NCBI RefSeq assembly: GCF_004010195.1
Contig: NC_057715.1
Location: forward strand, 55,810,955 to 55,874,954
From: Chiloscyllium plagiosum
Lineage: Eukaryota
Direction of reading: 5' to 3'
DNA: 64,000 nt
The position numbers and the translations under genes are program-made. The notes under the pieces were generated by a model that was given only the letters and a program-made list of their open reading frames with translations, did not search any database and had not been told where the DNA came from. Shown here one piece after another: positions 52,995-64,000 of the stretch; the first letter of the stretch is position 1; each line of letters starts with the position of its first letter.

Positions 52995-53632
52995 ATGAAA
53001 TGAAGCAACCTACTGCACCGCTGTATCCCGCACTACCAGCTGAGGCCCCCACTCATTCCTAATACAATCGCCCCAACAGACCAGTCCTCCAGGCTACAAC
53101 ACATATGCCAACTCAACAAACGCTGGAGAATGAGACAGAGACGTGGGCGACCTTGTACAAAAAAATACCACCGCAGCATCAATGTTGTAGATAGTGTTAA
53201 TACGACTCTAGTTGCAGCCAGCATTGGGATGGGTATTGGCAGAGTGGGGTTTCTGTCTACTATCACTGCCACATCAGTTGGGGTGGGCCTTGACATTGCG
53301 GCCCTGGGTTGTGGCATTCTCAGAGTGGCTGGTAAGCTCATTAACCTCCGCCTGGCCAAAAAGCACGATGAGATCAGAGTTTTGGCCGAAAGCAAGCTGA
53401 ACTCAATCTCAGACCACGTGCCTACCATCCTAGTCGACAGGGAAATCTCAGATCACGAATTCTGGCTCATCCTCAGCAAGTTGGAAAAATACAAGATGGA
53501 GCGTAAGATTCGAGCTGGCGCCAGGAAGGCCCACACCATGGTGACACTTGACAGGAATACAAAAAACTTCCTCATCCAGCAGGGCAGAACGAGACCTAGG
53601 CAACTATCATAAAAAGATTGGCTGCACAATGA
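52995..53632 (+). pseudogene. Viral two-transmembrane helical protein
   Basis: ORF 53130..53612 has a hydrophobic hairpin (TLVAASIGMGIG...LDIAALGCGILRVAG) followed by KKHDEIRVLAESKLNSI...DREISDHEF. Confidence 0.65.
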
Positions 53633-53950
53633 AGTACTCCTCTATCTGTTGGCTTGACAGAGTGGGCATGAGCAACCAGAATGACTCACCCCCGCAATAC
53701 ATCCCATAATCATGTTTTTGCCCCTTTCTTTAACTACGTATGGAAATCCCCAATCTTTGTTTGCCTGACCGTCCAGCCAAAAATGACTCATCATGCATTT
53801 TGAGCACACCCACCTATAGGCGCAGTGTGACTAATATCCAGGTGTGCAATATCAGTTTTCTCAATTTTTCTGCAGAGGCAATATATATATAAAGTCTGTA
53901 CATGTTCCTTTACTCATCGTGTGACAAACATCTCATCGTGACCAGACAGC

Positions 53951-54222
53951 ATGGATATAGACAGATCACAGCAAAGAGTTCTCTTTTTCAGAGCAACTGG
54001 CTAAGGAATCAAAAATTTCTAAAGGAAAAGTCCACCTCGAACTGGCGAGAAAACTAAACCAAAAGATCTAAAATTATTCAGAGCAGGAGAAAACAGAGAG
54101 AAAGGATCAGAAAATTGATTAAAGACTTGGAAACCACAGAAGGTCAATTACAGTTGGTTGAGGAGGATATCAAAAGGATCGACTCTATGGTGGAAGAAGG
54201 GACGAGTGGTGAGGATGAGTAA
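53951..54222 (+). pseudogene. Small charged coiled-coil viral ORF remnant
   Basis: EQLAKESKISKGKVHLELARKLNQKI...IKDLETTEGQLQLVEEDIKRIDSMVEEGTSGEDE*, frameshifted. Confidence 0.45.
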
Positions 54223-54318
54223 ATACCTCACTATTATGGCTGTTGATAATGGTTTCTCATGGCTGAAGCCTTAACCGTCTCCACTACAGGGCCTGCTCTC
54301 AGGCCTAGGCACTGTCGG

Positions 54319-54373
54319 GGATCATCAATACCTGTCAGGTATTCTGATGAGGCCTGACAGGCCGAAATGGCTT
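54319..54373 (+). ncRNA. Type III hammerhead ribozyme inside the Polinton-like element
   Basis: ATC cleavage triplet 54324-54326, stem I AATACC/GGTATT, CTGATGA 54344-54350, stem II GGCC/GGCC, GAAA 54364-54367, stem III TCA/TGG. Loops TGTCA and TGACA are complementary. Confidence 0.85.
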
Positions 54374-54416
54374 ATGTATAAGTGTAGAAATTTTCCTAAC
54401 CTACTCAAAGGGCAGT

Positions 54417-54600
54417 AGAGCCCGGGCCGGCAAGCCTGGGGCGGACTGTCCCAGGGACTCTCCATGCTATTTATTGTTTGTATGACGCACACAAATATGT
54501 TTCTACCTCACGGCGCATTCCAGTAGATTAAGAATTGGCAATTGTGTTTCAAGCTTGCACACTTCCCAAGAACCAGTGCATTCACCCAACCCCTGCTGCT
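54417..54600 (-). repeat. Right terminal inverted repeat (~184 bp)
   Basis: Reverse complement aligns with 40954-41135. Ends TGCTGCT and is followed by TGACC. Confidence 0.93.
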
Positions 54601-55150
54601 TGACCTCCCAACTCCAATACTCAATGATCTGACCAATAAAAGAAAGCATACTAAATGCCTTCCTCACTATCCTACCTGCACTTTCAAGGAACTATGAACC
54701 TGCACTCCAAGGTCTCTTTGTTCAACAACGGTTCTCTGGACCTTACCATTAAGTGTATAGGTTCTGCCTTGATTTGCCTTTTCAAAATGCAGCACCTCAC
54801 GTTTATCTAAATTAAACTCCATCTGCCACTCCTCGGCCCATTGGCCCATCTGATCAAGTTCCTGTTGTACTTTGAGATAACTTCTTTGCTGTTCACTAAT
54901 CTTCCAATTTTGGCGACATCTGCAAACTTACCAACTGTACCTCCTTTGTTCACTTTCAAATCATTTATATAAATGATGAAAAGCAGTGGACCCAGCACCG
55001 ATCCTTGTGGCACGACTGGTCACAGGCTTCCAGTCTAAATAGCAACCATCCATCATCACCCTGTGTCTTCGAACTTGTATCCAAATGGCAAGTTCTCTCT
55101 GTATTCCATGTGATCTAACCTTGCTAACCAGCCTACCATGAGGAAACTTG
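54601..55150 (-). mobile_element. CR1 LINE, right half of the copy split by the Polinton-like element
   Basis: ORFs 54667..54849 and 54807..55013 ([22 protein letters not shown]). Confidence 0.9.
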
Positions 55151-55346
55151 TAGAATCAACGCTGTGATTTGTGGCACACTGAAAGCAGTTGCTATTGCTA
55201 CTCTCCCCAATTACTGACCACAACCACAACCATAACCCCAGGCACACACTTAGTTCAGAAGCACCACTTTTAACAATGCAGCATCTCATTACTTCAGGAA
55301 ACTTCTCAACAGGCTATCTGGGGTCTGCAATTTGTCTAAACTAAAG

Positions 55347-55667
55347 GGCAACACAGCGGCTCAGTGCTTAGCACTACTGCCTCTCAGTGCCAGGCACCTG
55401 GGGTCTATTCCAGCCTTGGACGACAGTCTGAGTGGGTTTCTCCCAGGTTCTCCTATTTCCTCCCATGATCCAAAGATATGGGGGTCAGGTGGATTGGCCA
55501 TGCTAAATTACCCATAGTGTTCAGGGATGTGTAGTTAGGAGCCCTAGCCATGGAAATGGCAGCATTACAGGGATACAGTAGGGGAATGGGTCTAGATGGG
55601 ATGCTCTTTGGTAGGTTAGTGTGGACTTGTTGGGTCAAATGGCCTGTTTCCACAATGTGGGATTCTA
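55347..55667 (+). mobile_element. tRNA-derived SINE (HE1-like)
   Basis: A-box-like gcggctcagtgcttagc and B-box-like ggtctattcc, central core caggtggattggccatgctaaatt, and a LINE-like 3' tail. Confidence 0.8.
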
Positions 55668-56309
55668 TAAAACATGCCCTATCTCCACCTGAAAATCTTA
55701 TTTGAAGATCTATCATAATGATTTAATTACAATATACAAATGTAATACCTTAGAAAATGCCCTGATATAAGCCAAATGCATCCTCTCTGCCCTACTGAGT
55801 CAAGATGACAGTGTAAAAAAGGTTGAATTCATTAAAATTAAAGCAGTAGTTATGACCCAGTTGATCCTCAAATGTAGTTGCCTAATCTTGTATACATATA
55901 TATCACAAGCATTATTACTAAGATCAAAAACCTGACCCAATTAATCCCATTTTGGAGCCACCTTTCCCACTTCATCTTATGGCTACTCCAGGCTATCTGA
56001 CCCCTACCTGTGCTGCAATTCGATGTGAGGTATTGATCAGGAAGTCATGACTGAACAAACTGCCTGTCAGAGCCACAAACCAACAGTCCCCCAACTAATC
56101 ACCACTGTAGCTGGACCTATGGAAGCCTGACTTTGGTGGGTAGGAACAGACCCCAACACTCCTAGTATGCTTGCCCCGCAGGTCTTGGAAGTTCCATCCA
56201 CCAACCCAATCCCTTTCACCATTGTGACTGACACCTCTCCTCTTCTCTTCCCCCGACCTCTGCCCCCTCATTCCCCCCATCTCTTTTCCCTACCACCTCT
56301 CCCACTCTC

Positions 56310-59300
56310 TTGCTCATACTCAAGAGTATGAATCTCTAAACCTCTCCTGGCACCACTTACTCCTAGAAATAGGAGGTTAGGGCAGATGAATGCATGGCTG
56401 AGGAGTTGGTGCAAGAGGCAGGGATTCAGATTTTTGTATCATTAGTATCACTTCAGGGGCAGAAGTGGCCTGTACAAGAGGGGCAGGTTGCAACTGAACT
56501 GGAGGTTGACCAATATTGGCAAGAGCAACTCGGAAGGGTTTAAGCTAGTCTGCATGCGGGAAATGAACCTAAACAGTAGTGAGGCAAAAGAGAAGGTTAA
56601 ACAGACAAAGTAGACAAGGCCATATCAGGGCATGAGGGAAGACTGTTGAATTAAACTGTATTTATTTCAATGCAAGAAGTCTGGCAGGTAAGGCAGATGA
56701 ACTCAGGGCGTGGTTTTCGATTAGGGAAAACATCATGGCATTACTCGAGAGGTTTTTCCTAAGGGATCCTCCAATAAAGCTATATGGGTGGAACTGAGAA
56801 ATAAGAAGGGGGTGATCACTTCCATGGGATCGTACTATAGGGCACCTAACAGTCAGCAAGAAATTGAGCAAATATGTAGGGAGATTGCAGACAGCTGTAA
56901 GAATAGTAGAGTTGTAATAGTGGGGGATTTTAACTTTCCAAACATAGACTGAGACTGATAAGTATTAAGGGGAGGAATTTGTTAAGTGCGTTCAGGAAAA
57001 CTCTCTCAATCAATATGCAAATGGCCCTACTTGAGAAGAGGCAAAACTTGACCATTTCTTGGGAAATAAGGCAGGGCAAGTGCCTGAGGTGTCAGTGGGG
57101 TAGCACTTCAGAATCAGTAACCATAACTCTATTAGTTTTAAATTAGTTATGGAAAAGGATAGGCCTGGTCCACGAGTTAAAGTTCTAAACTGGGCAAAGC
57201 CAATTTTGATGGTATTAGACAGTAACGTTCAAAAGTTGATTGGGGGGGGGGGGCTTTTTGCAGGTAAAGGGACTTTTTGCAAGAGGGAGGCTTTCAAAAG
57301 TGAGATAACAGAAGTTCAGGGCCAGCATGCTCCTGCTAGTGTGAAGAGCAGGACTATCAGGTGTAGGGAACATTGGATGACTAGAGATATTAAGACTCTG
57401 GTCAAGAAAAACATGACGTGTCCGGTATAGGCAGCTGGGATCAAGTGAATCACTTGAGGAGCACAAATAAAAGGGGACATGAGATAACTTTGGCAGATAA
57501 CATAAAGGGATTCTACAAGTATGTTAGAGGCATAAGAGTAACTGGGAAGCTAAAAAAGCCACTTAACCATCAACAAGGCCAGCTATGTGTGGAACCACAG
57601 GAGACAGGGGAGATCCCAAACAAATATTTCACATCAGTATTTACTGTGCAGAAAGAAACGGAAGCTAAGGAACTCTGGGAAATAAATAGTGATGTCCTGA
57701 ATAAAGTGCATAATGCAGAAGAGGAGTTGTTGGAGGTCTTAAAACACAAAGGTAGACAAATCCCCAGAACCTGATCAAGTGTACTTGAAGACATTGTGGG
57801 AAACAAGAGAAGAAACTGTGGGACCCCCAGCAGAGATAATTCTACCATTAACATCCACGGTTGAGGTGCTGGAAAACTGGAATGTGGCTAATGTTGTGCC
57901 ACTATTTAAGAAAGGCTACAAGTAAAAGCCAGGAAACTACAGATTGGTGAGCCTAATGTCTGTGGGGTTAAATTGTTGGATGGGATTCTAAGAAACAGGA
58001 TCTACATATATTTGGAGGGGCAAGGCATGGCTTTGTGCTTGGGAAATAGTGTCTCTCAAATTTGATTGACTTGTTTGAAGAGGTGACCAAAATGATAGAT
58101 GAAGGCAGAGTGGCTGACATTATCGACAAGCACTTGGCCAAGGCCTTTGACAAGTTTCTGCACAGTAGACTGTATCGTAAAAGTTATATCACATGAAATC
58201 CAGAGAGGGGGATAATGAGGCAACACATATGGAATTGGCTTGATAGTGGGAGACAGATGGTGGTAGCAGAGTTGTTGTTCAGAATGGAGGCCTGTGATCA
58301 GTTGTGTGCCGCAAGGATCGGTGCTGGGTCCACTTTTGTTTGTCATTTACGTGAACAATTTTGATAAGAATATAGCAGGTTGGATGAGAATATAGGAGGC
58401 ATGGTTAATAAACTTGCAGATGACACCAAAATTGGTATAGTGGGTAGTGAAGAAGGTTATCTAAGAGTATAAATGGTATCTTGATCAATTGGGTCAGTGG
58501 GCCAAGAAATGGCAGATGGAGTTCAATTCAGATAAATGCGAGATATTACATTTTGGCAAGACAAACCAGGGCAGTACTTGCATAGTTAACGGTCGGGCCC
58601 TGGGTGGGTGGTCGAACAGACAGACCTATGTTGCAGGTGCAGTTCCTTGAAAGTGGCATCACAGGTTGACAGGGTAGTGAAGAAGTTGTTTGACATGCTT
58701 GTCTTCATTGATCAGAGTATTGATCTATATCAAGAGCTGGGACAACATATTACAACAGTACAAGACATTTGGAGTACTGCATACAATTCTGGTCAATCGG
58801 CTAAAGGAAGATGTTATTAAACTGGAAAGGGCACAAAAGAAATTTGCAAGGATGTTACTGAGACTGGACGGTTTGAGTTAAAAGGAGAGGCTGGATCGGC
58901 TGGGACATTTTCCCTTGTTGTGTGGGAGGCTGAGGGGTGACGTTATAGAGGTTTATAAAATCATGAGTATAGTTCACGTGAATAGTCAAGCTCTTTTCCC
59001 CAGAGTAAGGGATTCCAAAGCTAGAGGGCATAGGTTTAAGGTAAGAGGGAGAAAGATTTAACAGGGATCTGAGGGCAATTTTTTCACACAGAGGGTGGTT
59101 CGCACATGGAACAAGTTGCACAGTAAGCGGTAGAAGCAGATGCAATTACAACACTTAAAAGACATTTGGACAGGTATATAGACAGAAAAGGTTTCAAGGG
59201 ATATGGGCCAAATGTAAGCAAATGGGGCCAATTCAGTTAGGGAAGCTGGTCAGCACGGAACAGTTGGACCAAAAGGCCCATTTCCATGCTGTATGACTGT
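56310..59300 (+). mobile_element. Long CR1 LINE, ORF1 esterase-like remnant plus ORF2, decayed
   Basis: WLRSWCKRQGFRFL near 56395, AP endonuclease remnants (GDFNFPNID), ORF 57418..57774, RT remnants and tail near 59290. Confidence 0.9.
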
Positions 59301-60009
59301 ATGAGGACCTACCCTCCTTTTTGCCACCCCCACTTCTGCCCCTTGCTCATCTTCTCACATCACTCTCTCTTTGCCTTACTACCTCTGCACCCCTCCTCCA
59401 TCCCACCTCTTTCCATCCAACCCCAACTTCTTCCCCTCACATTTTTTACCTCACCATTACCCTTTTGCACTCTGAATTGTTCAGACTCCATTCTGGTCTG
59501 ATTGGAATTGGAAACAAAAACAGGAAACGTTTCCTTCTTTCTGAAGAAAAGACCTTGCATTTACATAGCAATTTTCACAAAAACAAGTCAAAGCAACGTA
59601 CAAATAATAAATTAAAAAATAACACAGAAACCAAATTGGTTACTGGCTTCCACAAAACATCAATAAAATAAAAGGTCACATTGTCTGCTAATGAAGCTGG
59701 TGAGAGATAAATATTGTCCCAGGGAGAAGAACTTGTTTAGTGTTCTCAAATAATACAACAGATCTTCCATGTCCACCTGAAATGGACATAGCCTCGAGTC
59801 TCATTTTGAAAGACAATATCTTCACCATGGCAGCACTCTTCCAGTAATGTACTGAAGTGCCATCCAAGAATACCTGCTTCAGTCTTGAAGGTATAACGTG
59901 ACTGCATGGCCATGTGACTGAAAGGCAGATTGTTACTGCTGAACTCAAGTTCACTCAGGTTTAATTTCACTTAAAAACAGAACCAGGTTCTGAGATCAGG
60001 TTGAGGAAT

Positions 60010-61830
60010 TGAACAATTACTTCATGTCAGTCTTCATAGTGGAAGATATGAGTAATATCCCAGAAGTTCAAGAGAGTTAGGGGGCACCAAGGAGAAGGTG
60101 CTAGAAAAACTGAAATGTCTGAAAGTAGTTAAATAACCTGGACTAGATGTACTACACCTCAGAGTCCTAAAGGAGATAGCTGAAGAGATAGTGGAGGCAT
60201 TCATGGTAAATCTTCAGGAATCACTGGAGTCTGGGAGGGTCCCAGAGGAGTGGAAAATCACGATGTGATATCGCTGTTTAAAAAGGGAGTAAGGCCTTAA
60301 TCAGAAAATTACAGGTCAATTAGCCTAACCTCAGTCATGGGCAAAACTTTGGAGTCCATTGTGAAGGATGAGATTTCTGAATACTTGGAAATGTATGATA
60401 ACATAAGGCAAAGTCAACATGGTTTCTCCAAGGGGAAGTCATACCTAACAAATCTATTAGAAATCTTTGAGGAAGAAACTCAGTGAGGAGCTAGTTACAC
60501 TAAGGAGAGCCAATGGATGTTATATACCTGGACTTTAAGAAGACCTTTGAGAAGGTGCCACACAGGAGGCTGCTGAATAAGTTAAGGGCCCATGGTATTA
60601 AAGGCAAGGTGCTAGCATGGATAGAAGACTGGCTGTCTGGCAAAAAGTAGAGAGTGGGAATAAAAGGATCCCTCTCAGGATGTCAGCTGGCAAAACAAGG
60701 GGTGTTCCGCAAGGATCAGTGTTGGGACCACAACTTTTCACTTTATACATTAATGATTTAGATAAAGGAACTAAGGGCATTCTGGCTAAGTTTGCAGATG
60801 ATACAAAGATATGTAGAGGAACAGGTAGTATTGAGGAGGCAGGGAGGCTGCAGAAGGATTTGGACAGGTTAAGAGACTGGGCAAAGAAGTGGCAGATGGA
60901 ATACAACATGGGAAAATGTGAGGTCATGCATTTTGGCAAAAAGAATAGAAACATGGGCTATTTTCTAAATGGAGAGAAAATTCAGAAGTCTGAAGTGCAA
61001 AGAGACTTGGGAGTTCTAGTCCAGGATTCTCTGAAGGTAAACTTGCAGGTTGAGTCAGAAGTAAGGAAGGCAAATGCAACACTGGCATTTATTTTGAGAT
61101 GACTTGAATATAAAAACAGGAATGTACTTCTGAAGCTCCATAAGGCTTTGGTCAGACCACATTTAAGAATATTTTGTGCAGTTTTAGGTCCCATATCTCA
61201 GGGAGGATGTACTGATCTTGGAGCAGTTTCAGAGGAGGTTCACAAGAATGGTCCCAGGAAAGAAAAGCTTGACATATGAGGAATGTTTGAGGACTCTGGG
61301 ACTATACTTGGAGTTTAGAAGGAGGAGGAATGATCTAATTGAAACCTACAGGATACTGAATGGCCTGGACAGAGTCGATATTGGGAAGATGTTTCCACTG
61401 GTAGCAGAGATTAGGACGCAAATCAGCCTTAGAATTAAGGGAGGACCTTTTTGAATGGAAATAAGGAGTAATGTCTTCGGCCAGTCAGTGGTGAATCTCT
61501 GAAAGTCATTGCCACAGAAGGCTGTGGAGGCCAGGTCAGAGTATATTTAAGACTGAAATAGGTAGGCTCTTGGGTATCAAGAGGATCAAGCGTTACAGAG
61601 AGAAAGTGACAGAATGGGGTAATGGGGTTAAGAAATTTCCTGATGAAGGGCTTATCCCTGAAATGTTGATTCTCCTGTTTCTCAGATGCTGCCTGACCTG
61701 CTGTGCTTTTCCAGCCCACACTCTCGACTCTGACCTCACTTTCTCCTAAGAAACTTAATCAGCCATGATTGAATAAAGCAGCACACTCAATGGGCTGAAT
61801 GGCCCAATTTCTGCTCCTATATCTGATGGT
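60010..61830 (+). mobile_element. CR1 LINE, 5'-truncated, with a Penelope-derived repeat in its tail
   Basis: ORF 60617..61102 ([27 protein letters not shown]) and ORF 61218..61454. Repeat at ~61638-61748. Confidence 0.92.
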
Positions 61831-62220
61831 TTAATACACAATTTATGTTACTTATCTGGAAAGATATTTTTACTTCATGAACATAACCTCATACAGTAGT
61901 CAAATTTGTTGCTACTTTACCAAATGCTTCAAATATTACAAAAGGTTCAGCACTGAGAATTTATGATTTTATAATGCATAAATATCAGAATACCAATGCA
62001 AAAACAACCTAGAACATTTTTCTTCACTGCAAGAGAGCAGAAATGCATCCACTATTTCAGTTTACTGCACTGGCCAAGCATTTCTTGGTCACAACCTTTT
62101 ACTTGTGCACCTAAATAAGTTCATGTCCACAGGAAATGCTAACTCCTCTAGCTTAAAAGAAATTGAATAGGTCATTTCTTCTTGGAGGAGAAAGTAAGGA
62201 CTGCAGATGGTGGAGATCAG

Positions 62221-62408
62221 AGATGAAAAATGTGTTGCTGGAAAGGCGCAGCAGGTCGGGCAGCATCCAAGGAGCAGGAGAATCGACGTTTCAGGCATAA
62301 GCCCTTCTTAATCCCTGAAGAAGGGCTTATGCCCAAAACGTCAATTCTCCTGCTCCTTGGATGCTGCCTGACCTGCTGCGCTTTTCCAGCAACACATTTT
62401 TCATTTCT
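62221..62408. repeat. Fold-back pair of Penelope-derived terminal repeats
   Basis: Arms ~62221-62308 and ~62319-62408 are near-perfect reverse complements. Confidence 0.88.
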
Positions 62409-63137
62409 TGTTGGAGGTCAACATTACTACTAAGGCTGGCATTCATGGCCCATCCTTAACTGTACATGAGAAAGTAATCAAAGGTTGTGAACCATCTCCT
62501 TGAACTATTGTAGTCTGTGTGGAATCAAAACGTGAATAACACTGATAGGAATTTGTAACAGCGAAGGAATAGCAGCTGAGTTACAAATCAGGATAGTTTG
62601 AGACTTGGGGAGCGGGGGGTGGGGGGGGGGGATCTTAGTGATATTCCCATGCATCTATTGCCTTCGTTCTGGCTGGTAAAAATTACAGTTCTGCAAATAT
62701 GTTGTCAAATGACTTTTATTTTAAAAGAGTTGCTGCATGCATCCTGTGCAATGGCACATACTATTGGTTCTCTCAACATCAGCCACAGGCCAGTCTGGCA
62801 GGTTTGACTTTCAAGATGTATCAGTGTGATCAGTCGTTGTGTTGGTAGGTACCGCTCATCGATGGACATATTGATGTCTGCCTTTTATCAAAGAGTTTTC
62901 AAGAAGAGAGAAAATTAAATAGATTTATTCAGCAAAAGAGACATGATGATTGGGTGTCACATGAACACCACCCATAGGTTTAACACTATGAGAGAAGCTA
63001 AGCACAATTCTTACTCCAATTATCTTAAAATAATTGTCAAGATTCATTTTTAAGACTTTGAATCCTTTTTCTTAATATCCAAATATAACCTTATAATCAA
63101 AGATCTGCCACATATATATTGCACTAAATGACCAAAT

Positions 63138-63495
63138 AGGAGAAAGTGAAGAGCTGCAAATGCTGGAGATCAGAGTCGAAGACTGTAGTGCTGGAAAAGG
63201 AGCAGGAGAATTCATCAGAAGGGCTTATACCCAAAACGTCGATTCTCCTGCTCCTTGGCTGCTGCCTGGCCTACTGTGATTTAGAGGTGCCGGTGTTGGA
63301 CTGGGGGTGTACAAAATTAAAAATCACAACACCAGGTTATACTCCAACAGGTTTATTTGGAAGCATTACCTTTCGGACCGCTGCTCCTTCATCAGGTGGA
63401 TGTGGAGTACAAGATCGTAAGACATGGAATGCATAGCAAAAATTACAGTGTGATACAATTGAAATTGCTGTGCTTTTCCAGCAGCACACTCTTGA
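63138..63495. repeat. Nested Penelope-derived short repeats
   Basis: A copy of the 4851-5120 family (~63276-63465) sits inside a copy of the 62221-type repeat. Confidence 0.7.
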
Positions 63496-64000
63496 ACTAA
63501 CCGACCAATGGTATATCTACATACCGTACTATTCTATAATATTCTAAAGATATGAGATTCTAAAGATAATGAAATGCCAAAGAAAAGGCATGTACAACTT
63601 TTAAGTTCAAACTCCCAATCAAAATATAGAAATATGGGCGGACGAGGAAAAAATAACTCCACTTCCTGACAAAAAGTTAAGTTGAATTGGCACTACGAAT
63701 CTTTTTTTATATTCTTTCATGAGCATCACTGTCTGAGCAGCATCGAATGCCCCAGTTCTGAGTGGACCATTTCAGAGGGTAATTAAGAATCAAACATATT
63801 AAATTCAATACTTCGATACCAAAGAGGAAAAATGATGAAACTTCTGTTAAACAACATAATATAAATCTACACAATCTAGATTAAATTCTATGGTCAGGCT
63901 GTAATAAGAGGGTTCATTACACTGAGTAGCTTTACTTTCCCCATAAAATTTAACAGGTCACTAAAATATCAGAGATGTTCATCCTTGCAGTAGAATGTGC

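Larger units (their letters stand above)
40954..54600. mobile_element. Endogenous Polinton/Maverick-like dsDNA virus, both ends intact, genes pseudogenised
   Basis: TIRs at both ends, TGACC direct repeat flanking, and remnants of integrase, packaging ATPase, capsid and helicase genes densely packed inside. Confidence 0.93.

Noticed and set aside
54235-54312. HDV-like ribozyme upstream of the hammerhead
   Set aside because: Only one clear hairpin (GGCCTG/CAGGCC) is visible, and I could not build the nested double pseudoknot.
55347-55420. tRNA gene
   Set aside because: It is the degenerate tRNA-derived head of a SINE and continues into SINE core and tail.
1-64000. CRISPR arrays, rRNA genes or prokaryotic operons
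   Set aside because: No regularly spaced repeat-spacer pattern or rRNA sequence was seen, and the DNA is eukaryotic.

Overview
Repeat-rich vertebrate genomic DNA. The repeat types (CR1-clade LINEs, HE1-like tRNA SINEs, Penelope-like elements) point to a cartilaginous fish, which is an inference. Most of the window is decayed CR1 LINE, Penelope-like, Rex/Babar and MITE sequence, and no host coding gene can be identified with confidence. The main feature is a 13.6 kb endogenous Polinton/Maverick-like virus at 40954-54600, inserted into a CR1 copy. It has ~183-bp terminal inverted repeats (AGCAGCA...TGCTGCT) and a 5-bp TSD (TGACC). Its genes are all pseudogenised: an SF1 (RecD/Pif1-like) helicase fused to an HNH-like nuclease, an rve integrase, an A32/FtsK packaging ATPase, major and minor capsid proteins, a fiber-like protein and several membrane proteins. 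I could not find a pPolB core or an adenain protease in it. Next to its right TIR is a type III hammerhead ribozyme with an intact core and complementary loop 1/loop 2 sequences. All calls come from reading by eye, and the boundaries of decayed repeats are approximate.
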